Source of the DNA: Mobula hypostoma
Lineage: Eukaryota
Length of the DNA stretch: 64,000 bases
Direction: 5' to 3'
Assembly (NCBI RefSeq): GCF_963921235.1
Contig: NC_086097.1
Span: 49,230,001-49,294,000 of the forward strand
Part shown: in pieces, positions 1 through 13,834 of the stretch
Numbering within the stretch: the stretch's first letter is position 1
Layout of the letters: every line of letters begins with the position of its first letter
Notes under the pieces: generated by a model
The model's database searches: none
What the model was told of the DNA's origin: nothing
Seen by the model: only the letters and a program-made list of their open reading frames with translations
Program-made: the position numbers and the translations under genes

Positions 1-19
1 ATTAGAATTGTGCTGAATC

Positions 20-430
20 ACACAGTCATAAGTTTAAAGCAAGTAGAGCAGGAGGCTAAGCATACAGCCTTGTGGTTCACATGTGAAGATTATGGAGGAG
101 ATGTTGTTGCCAATCCAAACTGACTGTGGTCGGCAAGTGATGAAATCAAAGATCCAGTTGCACAAGGTAGTGAGGCCTAGAGTCTGAAGTTTATTGATTA
201 GTTTTAAGGGGATGATAGAATTGTAGTCAATAAACAGCACCCTGATTATGCATCTTCGCAGTCCAAATGTTCCAGGATTAAGTGAAGAGCCAATAAAATG
301 GCATCTGCAGCAGATCTGTTGTGATGGTAGGCAAATTGGAGTGGCTTCTCAGGCAGGGCTTGATATGTTTCATCACCACCCTCTCAAAGCATTTCAACAC
401 TATGGACGTAAGTGTCACTGGATGATTTAA
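20..430 (-). mobile_element. Rex1/Babar-type LINE fragment (RT region), decayed
   Basis: ORF 34..240 [25 protein letters not shown]...RPQSV.IG...[10 protein letters not shown] is the Rex1/Babar RT motif series. Confidence 0.75.
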
Positions 431-635
431 CAATCCCAGAGATCACCAACGTACATTTCCACTGATTGATAGGATTCAGCAACAAGCCATTAATCCCAAA
501 TATAAATCCTTGTTTTTCATTGAAGATATCTGGGTAAGACTGAGTGGGAAAAGGTGGGAAGATTGATTGGAGGGTGATGCCAGCATACTTTTGAACATCT
601 TCTTTCATATAATGACAGTGACTTACAACCAGGTT

Positions 636-1000
636 AAATTGGCATTGGTGTTGATTTATTATTGTCACTTGTACTAAGATACAGTGAAAAGCTTGACTTG
701 CATACAATTTATGCAGATCAAATCATTACACAGTGCTTTGAGTTAGAATAAGATTATACTATAACAATGCAGAGTAAAATGTAAAAGCTGCCAAAAGTGC
801 AAGATGGTAACATGGTAACTATCGTGAAGCCAAGAGACCATTTTATTGTACAAAAGGTCTGTTCAAGAATCTGAAACAATGTGATAGAAGCTGTCTTTGA
901 GCCTGGTGGTCTGTATTTTCGGGCTTTTGTATCTTCTGCCGGATGGGAGAGGTGAGAAGAAAGAATGTCCAGGGTGGGTGGGGTACTTGTTTATGCAGGC
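636..1000 (-). mobile_element. Rex1/Babar-type LINE 3' end
   Basis: ORF 863..1048 contains HPGHSFFSPLPSGRRYKS..TTRLKDSFY (typical C-terminus); minus-strand AATAAA near 655. Confidence 0.65.
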
Positions 1001-1078
1001 ACTGCACACAAGGTTAGTGGGCAGGAAATGGTAAAGATATCTAGCCAAAAGAAATTAGAAAGACTTGTTCTCATAATA

Positions 1079-2944
1079 CATAGAAACATAGAAACATAGA
1101 AAATAGGTGCAGGAGTAGGCCATTCGGCCCTTCGAGCCTGCACCACCATTTATTATGGTCATGGCTGATCATCCAACTCAGAACCCCGCCCCAGCCTTCC
1201 CTCCATACCCCCTGACCCCTGTAGCCACAAGGGCCATATCTAACTCCCTCTTAAATATAGCCAATGAACTGGCCTCAACTGTTTCCTGTGGCAGAGAATT
1301 CCACAGATTCACCACTCTCTGTGTGAAGAAGTTTTTCCTAATCTCGGTCCTAAAAGGCTTCCCCTTTATCCTCAAACTGTGACCCCTTGTTCTGGACTTC
1401 CCCAACATCGGGAACAATCTTCCTGCATCTAGCCTGTCCAATCCCTTTAGGATTTTATACGTTTCAATCAGATCCCCCCTCAATCTTCTAAATTCCAACG
1501 AATACAAGCCCAGTTCATCCAGTCTTTCTTCATATGAAAGTCCTGCCATCCCAGGAATCAATCTGGTGAACCTTCTTTCTACTCCCTCTATGGCAAGGAT
1601 GTCTTTCCTCAGATTAGGGGACCAAAACTGCACACAATATTCCAGGTGTGGTCTCACCAAGGCCTTGTACAACTGCAGTAGTACCTCCCTGCTCCTGTAC
1701 TCGAATCCTCTCGCTATAAATGCCAGCATACCATTCGCCTTTTTCACCGCCTGCTGTACCTGCATGCCCACTTTCAATGACTGGTGTATAATGACACCCA
1801 GGTCTCGTTACACCTCCCCTTTTCCTAATCGGCCACCATTCAGATAATAATCTGTTTTCCTATTTTTGCTACCAAAGTGGATAACTTCACATTTATCCAC
1901 ATTAAATTGCATCTGCCATGAATTTGCCCACTCACCCAACCTATCCAAGTCACTCTGCATCCTCTTAGCATCCTCCTCACTGCTAACACTGCCACCCAGC
2001 TTCGTGTCATCCGCAAACTTGGAGGTGCTGCATTTAATTCCCTCATCCAAGTCATTAATATATATTGTAAACAACTGGGGTCCCAGCACTGAGCCTTGCG
2101 GTACCCCACTAGTCACCGCCTGCCATTCTGAAAAGGTCCCGTTTATTCCCACTCTTTCCTTCCTGTCTACTAACCAATTCTCCATCCACATCAATACCTT
2201 ACCCCAATACCGTGTGTTTTAAGTTTGCACACTAATCTCCTGTGTGGGACCTTGTCAAAAGCCTTTTGAAAATCCAAATATACCACATCCACTGGTTCTC
2301 CCCTATCCACTCTACTAGTTACATCGTCAAAAAATTCTATGAGATTCGTCAGACATGATTTTCCTTTCACAAATCCATGCTGACTTTGTCCGATGATTTC
2401 ACCACTTTCCAAATGTGCTGTTATCACATCTTTGATAACTGACTCCAGCAGTTTCCCAACCACCGACGTTAGGCTAACCGGTCTATAATTCCCCGGTTTC
2501 TCTCTCCCTCCTTTTTAAAAAAGTGGGGTTACATTAGCCACCCTCCAATCCTCAGGAACTAGTCCAGAATCTAACAAGTTTTGAAAAATTATCACTAATG
2601 CATCCACTATTTCTTGGGCTACTTCCTTAAGCACTCTAGGATGCAGACCATCTGGCACTGGGGATTTATCTGCCTTCAATCCCTTCAATTTACCTAACAC
2701 CACTTCCATACTAACATGTATTTCGCTCAGTTCCTCCATCTCACTGGACCCTCTGTCCCCTACTATTTCTGGAAGATTATTTATGTCCTCCTTAGTGAAG
2801 ACAGAACCAAAGTAATTATTCAATTGGTCTGCCATGTCCTTGCTCCCCATAATCAATTCACCTGTTTCTGTCTGTAGGGGACCTACATTTGTCTTTACCA
2901 GTCTTTTCCTTTTTACATATCTATAAAAGCTTTTACAGTCAGTC
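1079..2944 (-). mobile_element. CR1 LINE, 5'-truncated, relatively young (ORF2 RT and C-terminus broken by frameshifts and a stop)
   Basis: ORFs 2515..2946, 2191..2463, 1808..2194 and 1178..1777 give [70 protein letters not shown]; (CATAGAAA)n 3' tail at 1080-1104. Confidence 0.95.
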
Positions 2945-3045
2945 ATACTGAGGGTAAATATTCTGAAAATAAAATCAGTAAAATTGAGAAAAGATTAAAA
3001 TTGAGAAAAGTGCCCCAGACCGGAAATAGGGTAAAGAGACAGGGT

Positions 3046-3240
3046 CACAAACACAAGAGATTCCGCAGATGCTGAAAATCTGGAATTATACACACACACA
3101 CACACAATACTGGAGGAAATCAGCAGGTCAGGCAGCATCTATGGAAAGGAATAACAAGTTGACTTTTTTTGACAAGACCCTTCATCACTCTTCTTTATTC
3201 ATTTCCATAGATGCTGGCTGAACTGCTGACTTTGTGTCAG
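3046..3240. mobile_element. Penelope-derived short fold-back element, decayed
   Basis: Inverted arms cagcaggtcaggcagcatctatggaaa / tttccatagatgctggctgaactgctg match the 3' end of the PLE at 19730-20733; decayed hammerhead remnant (gacccttcatca) on the minus strand; internal (AC)n. Confidence 0.7.
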
Positions 3241-4369
3241 TAACTCTATATAGAGAGGGTTCGAACTTTACCAGTTTAAATGTTTTAATTAAAGCAGGAT
3301 GATATAACTCTGCTCAGTCTCCATTTTTCTTTCAGGAATTTTAAAGGGCCTTTTTTATTAAACTGAAGCTTAATATTTCATCAATAATTTAAAATTTATC
3401 CATTATAATACTTAATTTCACACATCAATATGCTCTCTTTGAAAATCTTGACTGAAAAAATGAACACTTAACATCTATTGCAACCTTGTCAATCTGCTCA
3501 CTTACAGGAGAGGCAAACAGTAAGGATTATAATGTATATGGAAGACAAGTTTACACTTACTGTAAACAGTAGGCTGAAATAACAACCAATAGGGTATACA
3601 TAATACTTATTAATCTTGTACAGATGAGATATTTGAAATTGTAAAAATATATTTGCCCTTACTTTCCTCTATACCTGATCAAAAAGCCTTATTTATGAGC
3701 TGCGTTATTGTTCTATTTTCTGATGTAAATTAGGGTCTCTACAGGGATTGGTTGATTTGCATCACTGGGCTGCACAATGCATACAACAGAGAAAAAAAAT
3801 CCAAACTGCATATTTTGCATTTCAAAGCGAAACAGTCCCTAAAACTGGGAACCAAAGATAGCATTTTACTGCATGGGCAGCATTTATTTCAGGTTAATCA
3901 ACCATAAACATGTAAATCAACAACAGATGTGCCTAATTATTAGTCAATTATCTGACTGACTATTTACATGGCATGAAACAGATAGAAAGTGCTTCAAGCT
4001 TTCTGTTACCTCATTGGCATTGGTATGGGTCTTGATTTTGATAAGAGAGCAGACCCTGCAAATGCCTGTGAGTAATTTCCATTAATATGAACTGGATGAT
4101 GTGTTCTTTCCAGTGATTTCTGCAATCTTCTTTCCAGCCACAAAACATACAAACCACATTGAAAATTTCAGAGATCCACTAAAAAGCAACAATATTCACG
4201 TGTAAGATAGTAAATGTTTTCAAAGTTATAAGTTAACTAATATTATTTGAAAATGTGTTTAAAATCATTAACATGGGTGTAAATTTTTGGTATTATTTGA
4301 GTTTTAATTTTAATTGTTTCTCTGTTCAGTTGATTTTTTTTTCTTTGTTTATTGTTCACTTTTTTCGAA

Positions 4370-5060
4370 TAAGGGCAACACTGTTGTGGCCTTTGTTCAT
4401 TGCTCATTCTGAATTGCTTTCAAAGGGCAGCTGAGACACCTCTTTGAATTGTTGCAGTACTTCCAACATACTCCCATAGTTCTGTAGGGTAGTGACTTTG
4501 TAAGAGGAGATGGTGAATAACTTAAAAAGGAAGTGCAGTGTGCAGTATTATAACATCCCTGCCAGCTATGCCCTTCTTGGTGGTGTAAGTCATGGATTTA
4601 GGAGATACTCTTGAAGTAGGTTAGACGGATAACCTCAATGTGCATCCTAGATTGTACACACTGTAGTTTTAATGTAGCAACTGTGAAGGAAATAGATGTT
4701 TAGAGTGCAGTGGGGTGACATTTAAGCATAATGTTTTGTCCTTTTTTTAAGCTTCATGTGTGTCATTGGAGAGCACTCATCTAGTTATGTGTTAAGTTTT
4801 CTAACATGCTCCTGATTTGTGCCTTGCAGATAATTGAAAGGTCTTAGGGTATCAGAAGGTGAGTCATTTGCCTCAGGATGCTCTGTCTCTCTCCTGATTT
4901 TTAAAACAACAGTCCATATTCCTGTTCTAGTTGAACTTCTGGCAATGGCGATCCCCAAAATGGTGGGGCATTTGAGAGTGGCAATGCCTTTTAATGCCAA
5001 AGGTAGATATTTAGATTCATTTGTGTTCAGATTGATAATTGTTTACCCTTGTGAATTGGT
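4370..5060 (-). mobile_element. Very old LINE 3' region (CR1/L2 group)
   Basis: Loosely colinear with 27110-28400 and with the reverse complement of 56160-56410; no intact ORF. Confidence 0.35.
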
Positions 5061-5231
5061 GAGTAGATACCAGTTGATTACACTGTCTATGACACCTTAA
5101 GATCTTAAGGCCATAAGATAGGACAGCTGAATTAGGTCCACTGAGTTTTGGCTGATTTATTATCACTCCCAACCCTATTATCCTGCCTTCTCCCCATAAC
5201 CCATGACCCCTTACTAATCAGGAACCTCTCA

Positions 5232-6474
5232 TCCACCTCCTGGCTACATTGGACCCTTTTCCAGTTCACTTGTCACTCAAATCAATCCACTAACAATGCA
5301 ATAGCCTCTGTCCTGTCCCTCCTGGAAAATGGGGTCTTGTATGCCAGACTGCTATTTATTGACTTCATTTCGGCATTCAACACCACCATACCCCAGAAAC
5401 TGGTGGAGAAGTTGTCCTTGCTGGGCCTCATCACCTCTCTCTGCAACTGGATACTGGACTTCTTAGTGGTAAGGCCACAGTCAGTCTGAATGGGCAGCAT
5501 CCTCTCTCGACCCATTATGCCGAGCACTGGTGCCCTCCAAGGCTGTGTACTCAGCCCACCGCTGACGCATGATGGAGTCACAGGATCCAGCTCAAACCAT
5601 GTCATCAAGTTTGCAGATGACACAACATTGGTTGGCTTTATAGAGAGGAAGTGGAGTGACTTGTGGAGAGTAACAACCTAAGCCTGAACATGGAGAAGAC
5701 AGAGGAAATCATTGTGGACCTCAGGAAGGTGCAGACAACCCATTCCCCTCTGCAAATACATGGCTCCTCCTTTGAGCTAAGTGCACCAAGTTCCTGGGAG
5801 TTTGCATCACAGAAGACCTCACCTGGTCACCTAATATCACCTCCCTGAATAAGGAGGCACAGCAGCGCCTCAACTTCCTAGGAGGATTGAGGTAATCAAG
5901 GCTCCCACTCCTCCATCTTAACTGAGTTTTACAGGAGTACCATTGCGAGTGTCTGACAAGATGCATCCCCATCTGGTATGGGAGCAGCTGAGCATCGGAC
6001 CGGAAGTCCCTACAAAGGGCTGTGAAAACAGCTGAGAGGATCATAGGGTCCACCTACCATCCACCAGGGACATTTATCAGGAGCACTGAATGCACAGGGC
6101 CCTTGGTATTATTAAGGATCCCACAGATCTGTCCAGAATCCTCTTTGACTTTCTCCATCAGGCAGGCGACTCCAATGCATTAAAACAAGAACAGTCAGGA
6201 TGAGAAATAGTTTCTTCCCCCAGGTCATTAAGCTTCTGAACTCCCTGCTGCATTGTATTCGAAGTGTCACTGGTTAAGCTGTTCCGTACCTAACAAATTG
6301 AAGTGCATTAATATTAAATATTGTAATTTGTGTGATTCATCTGTATTACATCCTTGTCTTCATAACTTATCGTGTTATGTGCTTTACACCCTGGTTTGGA
6401 GAAACATCTCATCTCTACATACATTATATATGTTATATACATGGTTAAATGACAATAAACTTAACTTCACTTGA
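5232..6474 (+). mobile_element. Rex1/Babar LINE, 5'-truncated, decayed, nested in CR1
   Basis: [52 protein letters not shown]; 3' aaatgacaataaac plus short-repeat tail. Confidence 0.85.
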
Positions 6475-7290
6475 ACTCTGCTTTAAATATACCCAGTGAC
6501 TTGGCTGCCACACCTGTCTGTGGTAATGAACTCCACAAATTCATCCCTCTCTGGCTAAAGAATTTCCTCCTCATCTCAGTTCCAAATGGACATCCCTCTA
6601 TTCTGAGGCATGGTATTTGGTCCTAGACTCCACCACTTTAGGAAACATCCTCCCCACATCCACTCTATCCAGATCTTTCGATATTCAATAAGTTTAAATG
6701 AAATCCCCTCTCATTCTTCTAAACTCCAGCAAGTACAGGCGCAGAGCCATCAAATGCTCCTCATATGTTAACCCTTTCACTCCTGGGATCATTCTTATGA
6801 AACTCCTCTGTATGCTTTTCAATGCCAGTACATCACTTAGATAAAGGACCCAAAATTGCTTACAATACTCAAAGTCTGGGCTGACCAATGCCTTATAAAG
6901 TCTTAGCATTACGATCTTGCTTTTATATTCTAGTCTTCTCAAAATGAATGTTAACTTTCTATTTGACTTATTGACCTAACCTACAAGTTAACCGTTAGGG
7001 AATCCTGTACAAGAGCTCCCAAGGCCCTTGGCACTTCTGATTTCTGTGGTTTCTCTCAATTTAGAAAATAGTCTATGCCTTCTTTCAAAGTGCATGACCA
7101 TACACTTGCCTATGCTATATTTCATCTGCCACTTCTTCGCCCCTTCTTCTAATCTGCCCAAGTACTTCTGAAGACTTCCTGCTTCCTCAGCACTGTCTGC
7201 CCCTCCACCTTTCTTCATATCGTCTGCAAACTTGGCCACAAAGTCATCAATTCCATCATTCAAATTGTTGACATATAACGTAAAAAGGAC

Positions 7291-10200
7291 AGGTTACACC
7301 TGAACCCAAAGGGTTCCAATATCCAAGTGGGCACATTCAATAGAGCTGTTAGGGAGGGTTTAAACTAATTTGGCAGGGGGATGGGAACCAAAGTGATAGG
7401 GATGAGAAAGGGAAAAACAGAAATAAATCAAAGATAGCGTGCAACAGAGATTATAGAAAGAATAGGCTGGAGATGAGGTTTAATCACAGCCAGTGGCATG
7501 AGTTACAGGGCAATAGAGGTGTGATGCAGTTAAAACAGAAAGCAACAAATACTGGACTGAAAGTGTTGTATTTGAATGCACGCTGCATAAGGAATAAAAT
7601 GGACGATCTTGAAATTCAGCTACAGATTGGCAAATATGATGCTGTGGCCCCATCTCTGAAACTTGGCTAAAGGATGGTTGCCATTGGGAGCTGAACATCC
7701 AAGGATATACTGTATATCGGAAAGATCGGTCAGTAGGCAGAGGGGGTGGTGTGGCTCTGTGTATAAGAAATAATATTAAATCATTGGAAAGAGATGGCAT
7801 AGGATTGGAAGATGTAGTGTCCCTATGGGTTGAGTTAATAAATGGCAAGGGTAAAAGAACCCTAATGGCAGTTGTATACAGGCCTCCAAACAGCAGCCGG
7901 GATGTGGATTACAAATTACAGCAGGAGTTAGAAAAGTCGTGTCAGAAAGGCAATGTCATGATAATCATTGGGGATTTTAACATGAAAATGGATTGGGAAA
8001 ACCAGGTCAGTACTGGACCTCAAGAGAGAGAATTTGTAGAATGTCTAAGGGACAGCTTTTTAGAAAATCTTGTTTTTGAGCCCACTAGGATATCAGCTGT
8101 GCTGGATTGGGTGTTGTGCAATGATCCGGAGGTGATAAGAGAGCTTAAGGTTAAGGAACCCTTAGGAAACAGTGATCACAATATGATCGAGTTCACATTG
8201 AAATTTGAGAGGGAAAAAATAAAATCCAATGTGTCGGTATTTCAGAGGAATAAAGGAAATTACAAAGGCATGAGAGGGAAACTGACCAAACTTGACTGGA
8301 AAGGGACATTTGCAGGAAAGACAGCAGAACAGTAATGGCTGGTGTTTCTGCAAAAAATGAGGGAAGTACAAGACAGATATATTCCAAGTAAGAAGAAATT
8401 TTCAATGGGAAGAAGGACACTACAATGGCTGACAAGTCAAAGCCAAAGTAAAAGCAAAAGAGAGGGCATACAAGGAAGCCAGAGCTTATGGGAAGATAGA
8501 GGATTGGGGAGCTTTTAAAAACTTACAGAAGGAAAACAAGAAGGTCATTCAGAAGGAAAAGATGAATTATAAGAGGAAGCTGGAGACTAATATCGAAGAT
8601 ACCAAAAGCTTTTTTAAAGTATATAAAGGATAAAAGAGAGTTGAGGGTAGATAGAGGACCAATATAAAATGACACTGGAGATATTGTAATGAGATATGCA
8701 GAGATGGCAGAGGAACTGAATGCATATTTTGCATTAGTCTTCACAGTGGAAGACGTCTGCAGTATATTGGACATTCAAGAGTGTCAGGGAAGTGAAGTTT
8801 GTGAGTGAAAATTACGACTGAGAAGGTGCTCAGGAAGCTTAATGGTCTGAGGGTGGATAAATCTCCTGGACCTGATGGAATGCACCCTCAGGCTCTGAAG
8901 GAGAGATTGCGGAGGCATTAACGATGATCTTTCAAGAATCGATAGATTCTAGCATTGTATCAGATGACTGGAAAATTGCAAATGTTACTCCACTGTTTAA
9001 GAAGGGTGGGAGGCAGCAGAAAGGAAACTATAGACCTGTTAGCCTGACATCAGTGGTTGGGAAGTTGTTGGAATCAATTGTTAGGGATGAGATTACAGAG
9101 TACCTGGAGACACATGACAAGTTAGGCCAAAGCCAGCATGGTTTCCTGAAAGGAAAATCCTGCCTGACAAACCTACTGCAATTCTTTGAGGAAATTACAA
9201 GCAGGGTATACAAAGGACATGCAGTTGACATGGTGTACTTGGATTTTCAGAAGGCCTTTGACAAGGTGCCACACATGAGGCTGCTTAGCAAGATAAGAGC
9301 TCATGGAATTACAGGGTAGTTACTGGTGTGGGTGGAGCACTGGCTGGTCGGCAGAAAACAGAGAGTGGGAATAAATGGATCCTATTCTGGCTGGATGCCG
9401 GTTACCAGTGGAATTCCACAGGGGTCGGTGGTGGGACCGCTGCTTCTTACAATGTATGTCAATTATTTGGACTACGGTATTAATGGATTGTGGCTAAATT
9501 TGCCAAAGATACAAAGATAGGTGGAGGAGCGGGTAGTGTTGAGGAAACAGAGAGCCTGCAGAGAGACTTAGATAGTTCAGGGGAATGGGCAAAGAAGTAG
9601 CAAATGAAATACAATGTTGGAAAGTGTATGGTTGTGCATTTTGGTGGAAGAAATAAACGGACAGACTATTATTTAGATGGGGAGAGAATTCAAAATACAG
9701 AGATGCAAAGGGACTTGGGAGTCCTTGTGCAAGATACCCTAAAGGTTAACCTCCAGGTTGAGTCAGTTGTGAAGAAGGCAAATGCAATGTTGGCATTCAT
9801 TTCTAGGGGTATAGAATATAAGAGCAGGGATATGATGTCTACAAGGCACTCGTGAGACCACACTTGGAGTATTGTGTGCAGTTCTGGGCTCTTTATTTTA
9901 GAAAGGATATACTGACATTAGAGAGGGTTCAGAGAAGATTCACGAGAATGATTCAAGGAATGAAAGGGTTACCGTATGAGGAACGTCTGGCAGCTGCTGG
10001 GCTGTATTCCCTGGAGTTCAGGAGGATCTCATAGAAACATTCAGAATGTTAAAAGGCCTGAACAGATTAGATGTGGCAAAGTTGTTTCCCATGGTTAAGG
10101 ATTCTAGGACAAGAGGGCATGACTTCAGGATTGAAGTGCGTCCTTTTAGAACAGAGATGTGGAGAAATTACTTTAGTCAGAGGGTGGTAAATCTGTGTAA

Positions 10201-10411
10201 CTTGTTGCCACGAGCGGCTGTGGAGGCCAAGTCATTGGGTGTATTTAAGGCAGAGATAGATAGGTTCTTGATTAGCCAGGGCATCAAAGTATATGAGGTG
10301 AAAGCAGGGGAGTGGGGATGACTGGAAGAATTAGATCAGCCCATGATTGAATGGCGGAGCAGACTCAATGGACCAAATGGCCTACTTCTGCTCCTATATC
10401 TAATGGTCTTA
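7291..10411 (+). mobile_element. CR1 LINE (end of ORF1, APE endonuclease-RT ORF2, 3' UTR), pseudogenised
   Basis: LKVLYLNAR, VVYRPPN, GDFN, LGNSDHNMIEF (APE); QHGFLKGKSCLTNL, YLDFQKAFDKV (RT); many stops and frameshifts. Confidence 0.95.
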
Positions 10412-10554
10412 TAAAAAGACATCCCAGAACCAACCACTGTGGAACATCTCTAGTCACCGGCAGCCAACCAGAACAAAGCCCCCTTTATTCTCACTCTTTG
10501 CCTCCTGCCAGTCAGCCAATCTTCAATTCATGGTACTATACTTCTTATAATATG

Positions 10555-11052
10555 GAAACATAGAAAACCTACAGCACAATACAGGCCCTTTGGCCCACAA
10601 TGCTGTGGCGGACAAGTACTTACTTTAGAAATTACTTAGGGTTACCCATAGCCCTCTATTCTTCTAAGCTTCATGTACCTATCCAGGAGTCTCTTAAAAG
10701 ACCCTATTGTATCCGCCTCCATTCTGTCGCTGACAGTGCATTCCACACACCCACCAATCACTGGTAAAAAAAACTTACCCCTGACATTTCCTCTGTACCT
10801 ACTTCCAAGCACCTTAAAATGTACCCTCTAGTGTTAGCCTTTTCAGCCCTGGGGAAAAAAGCCTCTGGCTATCCACACGATCAATGCCTCTCATCATCTT
10901 ATACACCTCTATCAGGTCACCTCTCATCCTCTGTCGCTCCAAGGAGGAAAGGCCGAGTTCACTCAACCTATTCTCATAAGGCATGCTGCCCAATCCAGGC
11001 AACATCCTTGTAAATCTCCTCTGCACCCTTTCTATGGCTTCCACATCCTTCT
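10555..11052 (-). mobile_element. CR1 LINE 3' end (second subfamily)
   Basis: ORF 10814..11044 [27 protein letters not shown]; aaacatagaaa tail. Confidence 0.85.
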
Positions 11053-11054
11053 AC

Positions 11055-11860
11055 AGTCTACATGTTATGTCACTTCTTTCTACGCATTTGATTTCATTTT
11101 TTTTTACCAACAGAGCCACCCCCCAGCCTCTGCCTACCTGCCTATCCTTTCGATTACATGTGGGTATCCTTGGATGGTAAGCCCCCAACTATGATCTTCT
11201 TTCAGCCACATCTCAGTGATGCCCACAGTGTCATACCATACCGGGTTGTAACTGTGCTACAAGATCATATACCTTATTTTGTATGCTTTGAGCATTGAAA
11301 TACAACACTTTCAATTCTATATTCATCATCCTTTTCAATTTTCCCCCATGTTACAGGAGGTTAAATTCTTATCCCTTTCTGAACTACACACTGCATCTAC
11401 TTGTATAGTAACTACCCCATCCTCTGCCCTATCACTCCGGTTCCCATGCCCCTACCAAATTAATTTTAAACCCTTCCCAACAGCTCAAGAAAACCTGCCC
11501 GCAAGGATATTGGTCCCCTTCAAGTTCAGATGTTACCCATCCTCTTTGTATATCTTTCCCGAAGTGATCCCAATGATCCACAGATCTAAAACCCTGCTGC
11601 TACGCCAAATCCTCAGCCACACATTCATCAGCCAAATCATTCTATTCTTGCACTCACTGGCACGTGGCACAGGCAGCTTTCCAGCTTTCTAGTACCTAAT
11701 CACCTATATTCTGTCTTCAGGATCTCATTCCTTTTTCTACCCTTGTCATTAGTAGAAATATATATCATGACTTCCAGCTGCATATCCTTCCCTTTAGAAA
11801 GCTGTGAACCTGATCTGAGACAGCCATGATCCTGGCGCCTGGGAGGCAATACACTCTCCT
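11055..11860 (-). mobile_element. CR1 fragment (ORF1 esterase end and start of APE domain), decayed
   Basis: Reverse complement resembles 14600-15420 (cctcccaggcgccaggatc; aatatccttgcgggcaggttt; GGGVAL-coding segment). Confidence 0.65.
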
Positions 11861-13622
11861 GGTACGCTCCCCGTTGTTCTACTTATGATTAAGTGTGCAC
11901 AACTGCGCAGTAATTAGCTGGATCATGTTTGTCCTGCTTATAGAGAGCACGTACCTAGATAGTTGTCCACATTGAGGGGTAGATGCCAATGGAACGGAAT
12001 ATATTGCTAATGGAATGATAATTATAGGGGAAATTTTATCATCTGAAGCTAGAGATTAGATTTTTAAAGAAACCATGGCCCTGGTTTTGTCTAAATGTAA
12101 CTTTGGCAGGAAAATAAATCCAACCCTTGCTTGCTAATCCAGAGTTATTAATGGCGGCTCACTCTAATCCTAAGGGGTCAATTAGCTTGATATCTGATTT
12201 ACTATAAAATGTTACTGTGTACACAGTGTTTGGGTTTGCAAACCAGGAGGTGCCAATTGGCTAGTGTATGAGAGTTGGCTGAACTGTTAAATGAGATATA
12301 GCCATTAAAGGATGTGACACCACATATCCCCAGAGTGTACATAGTCTGTAAATATGTTGCTACTTTCCAAACAATCTTTTTCCCAGTGTGTGAGGAGCAT
12401 TTGGACGATTTACATAAAGGCTGACTTCACTCAGATACCTTTTTTTTATATATTAGAATTAAATCCATCTGCCACAAGAAACTCGGCAGGCAGACGCTCT
12501 TGACCCATAAAGCACGGAGGATCTACGACTGTTGTGAAATCTGACAGTGCCTGATAAATGTCACATTCTGCACCAGCTGGGCCCCTTCACAAGCACCTGG
12601 TGATATGAAGGCTTGCACCTGGCTACCATTAGACACGTCCAGCTGTGTTCCTCTGGCAACTGCAATGACCTTATTACTTCTGAGTTATTCACAAAGCCAG
12701 TTCAGATATTACATCTGAGAACCCTCACTCAATACTGACTAGAACTTGTAACAGCCTTTTCAAAAAAAAACATAACACATATAATTTAGCTTTAATGTAA
12801 TTTATTCATTGGATGCTCACATGAATCAAACATGAAATAGTATTTATTTATGTGGAAAAAAGTTAGGAGAAAATCGTTTTACTACACAATAATTTTTTTT
12901 GTTTATCATTACATATGGCTTAATATCTGCCAATTCAGGGAGAATATTTGACATGTATAATAAAAGAAAATGTTTGGGACTAGAAGCTCATTCCATCCCA
13001 ACAAAACTGCACAGTAGCTGCAATATAGTGCACTCTGCTTCCAAATTCTTGGTGTACATCGTACTGTTGCTATTATATTACACGTGTAGAGCTGACAACA
13101 GGGGCTGAATTTTTATTCACTACTCTCCTGTGAAACCTGGCTAATAGCCCAGACTTTGGAACTCATGGCGAGTTAATGGCATTGACCTCGAAAACAAGTT
13201 GCTTGCAAAGACCTAATGATTTCAGTGGTGGGAAATTTGCATTTCCCTACTTTAATTGCACTCAGACATTAAAACTATGGGGAATTTCATGCACCCAGCA
13301 TCATCAAAATCATTGAGCAGCCAATCATATTCTTGAATTCCTACAAGCAGTAACCAAGGAATGGATTTTATAATTATATAATTTTAAAAATGGATCCATA
13401 TGACCGACGTAAAAGCTAAAAGAGCCAAGCTGCAGAACAAAATGTAAATTTGTGTAGTACATTAGAGTTTAGTGGAAATTGTTCAGCATTAGTTATGAGT
13501 CAATACGCCTTTAAAACTCACTGTCACCTCTCCCAACAAGATTTCTTCTACAATTTTTATAATAAGAATAGTGCCTGAAATGTTAGAGTTCCGGACAATT
13601 CAATGATTTCAATCATGTTTGT

Positions 13623-13834
13623 CAAACACAAGAAAATCTGCAGATGCTGGAAATCCAAAGCAACACACACAGAATGCTGGAGGAACTCAGCAGGTCAGGC
13701 GGCACCTACGGAAAAGAGTAAACAGTTGATGTTTCGGGACCTGATGAAGGGTCTTGGCTCAAAACGTTGACTGTACTCTGTCCTATAGATGCTGCTGGGC
13801 CTGCTGAGTTCCTCCAGCACTTTGTGTGTGTTGC
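13623..13834. mobile_element. Penelope-derived short fold-back element with decayed hammerhead at its centre
   Basis: Inverted arms gcaacacacacagaatgctggaggaactcagcagg / cctgctgagttcctccagcactttgtgtgtgttgc; cctgatgaagggtcttggctcaaaacgttgactg core; TSD-like caatcatgtttgt (13610) / caattatgtttct (13838). Confidence 0.85.

Larger units (their letters stand above)
5104..10530 (-). mobile_element. CR1 LINE 3' part, split into 5104-5230, 6475-7290 and 10412-10530 by two nested insertions
   Basis: ORFs 6694..6942 and 6988..7263 (KFADD, LYKALV.P..EYC); sequence resumes after each insertion; taaaaaggac (7281) / taaaaagac (10412) is a TSD-like repeat. Confidence 0.8.

Noticed and set aside
3560..3575. 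13-nt minus-strand microexon (tttcag-cctactgtttaca-gtaagt)
   Set aside because: Not a multiple of three, no supporting gene, and plausible by chance
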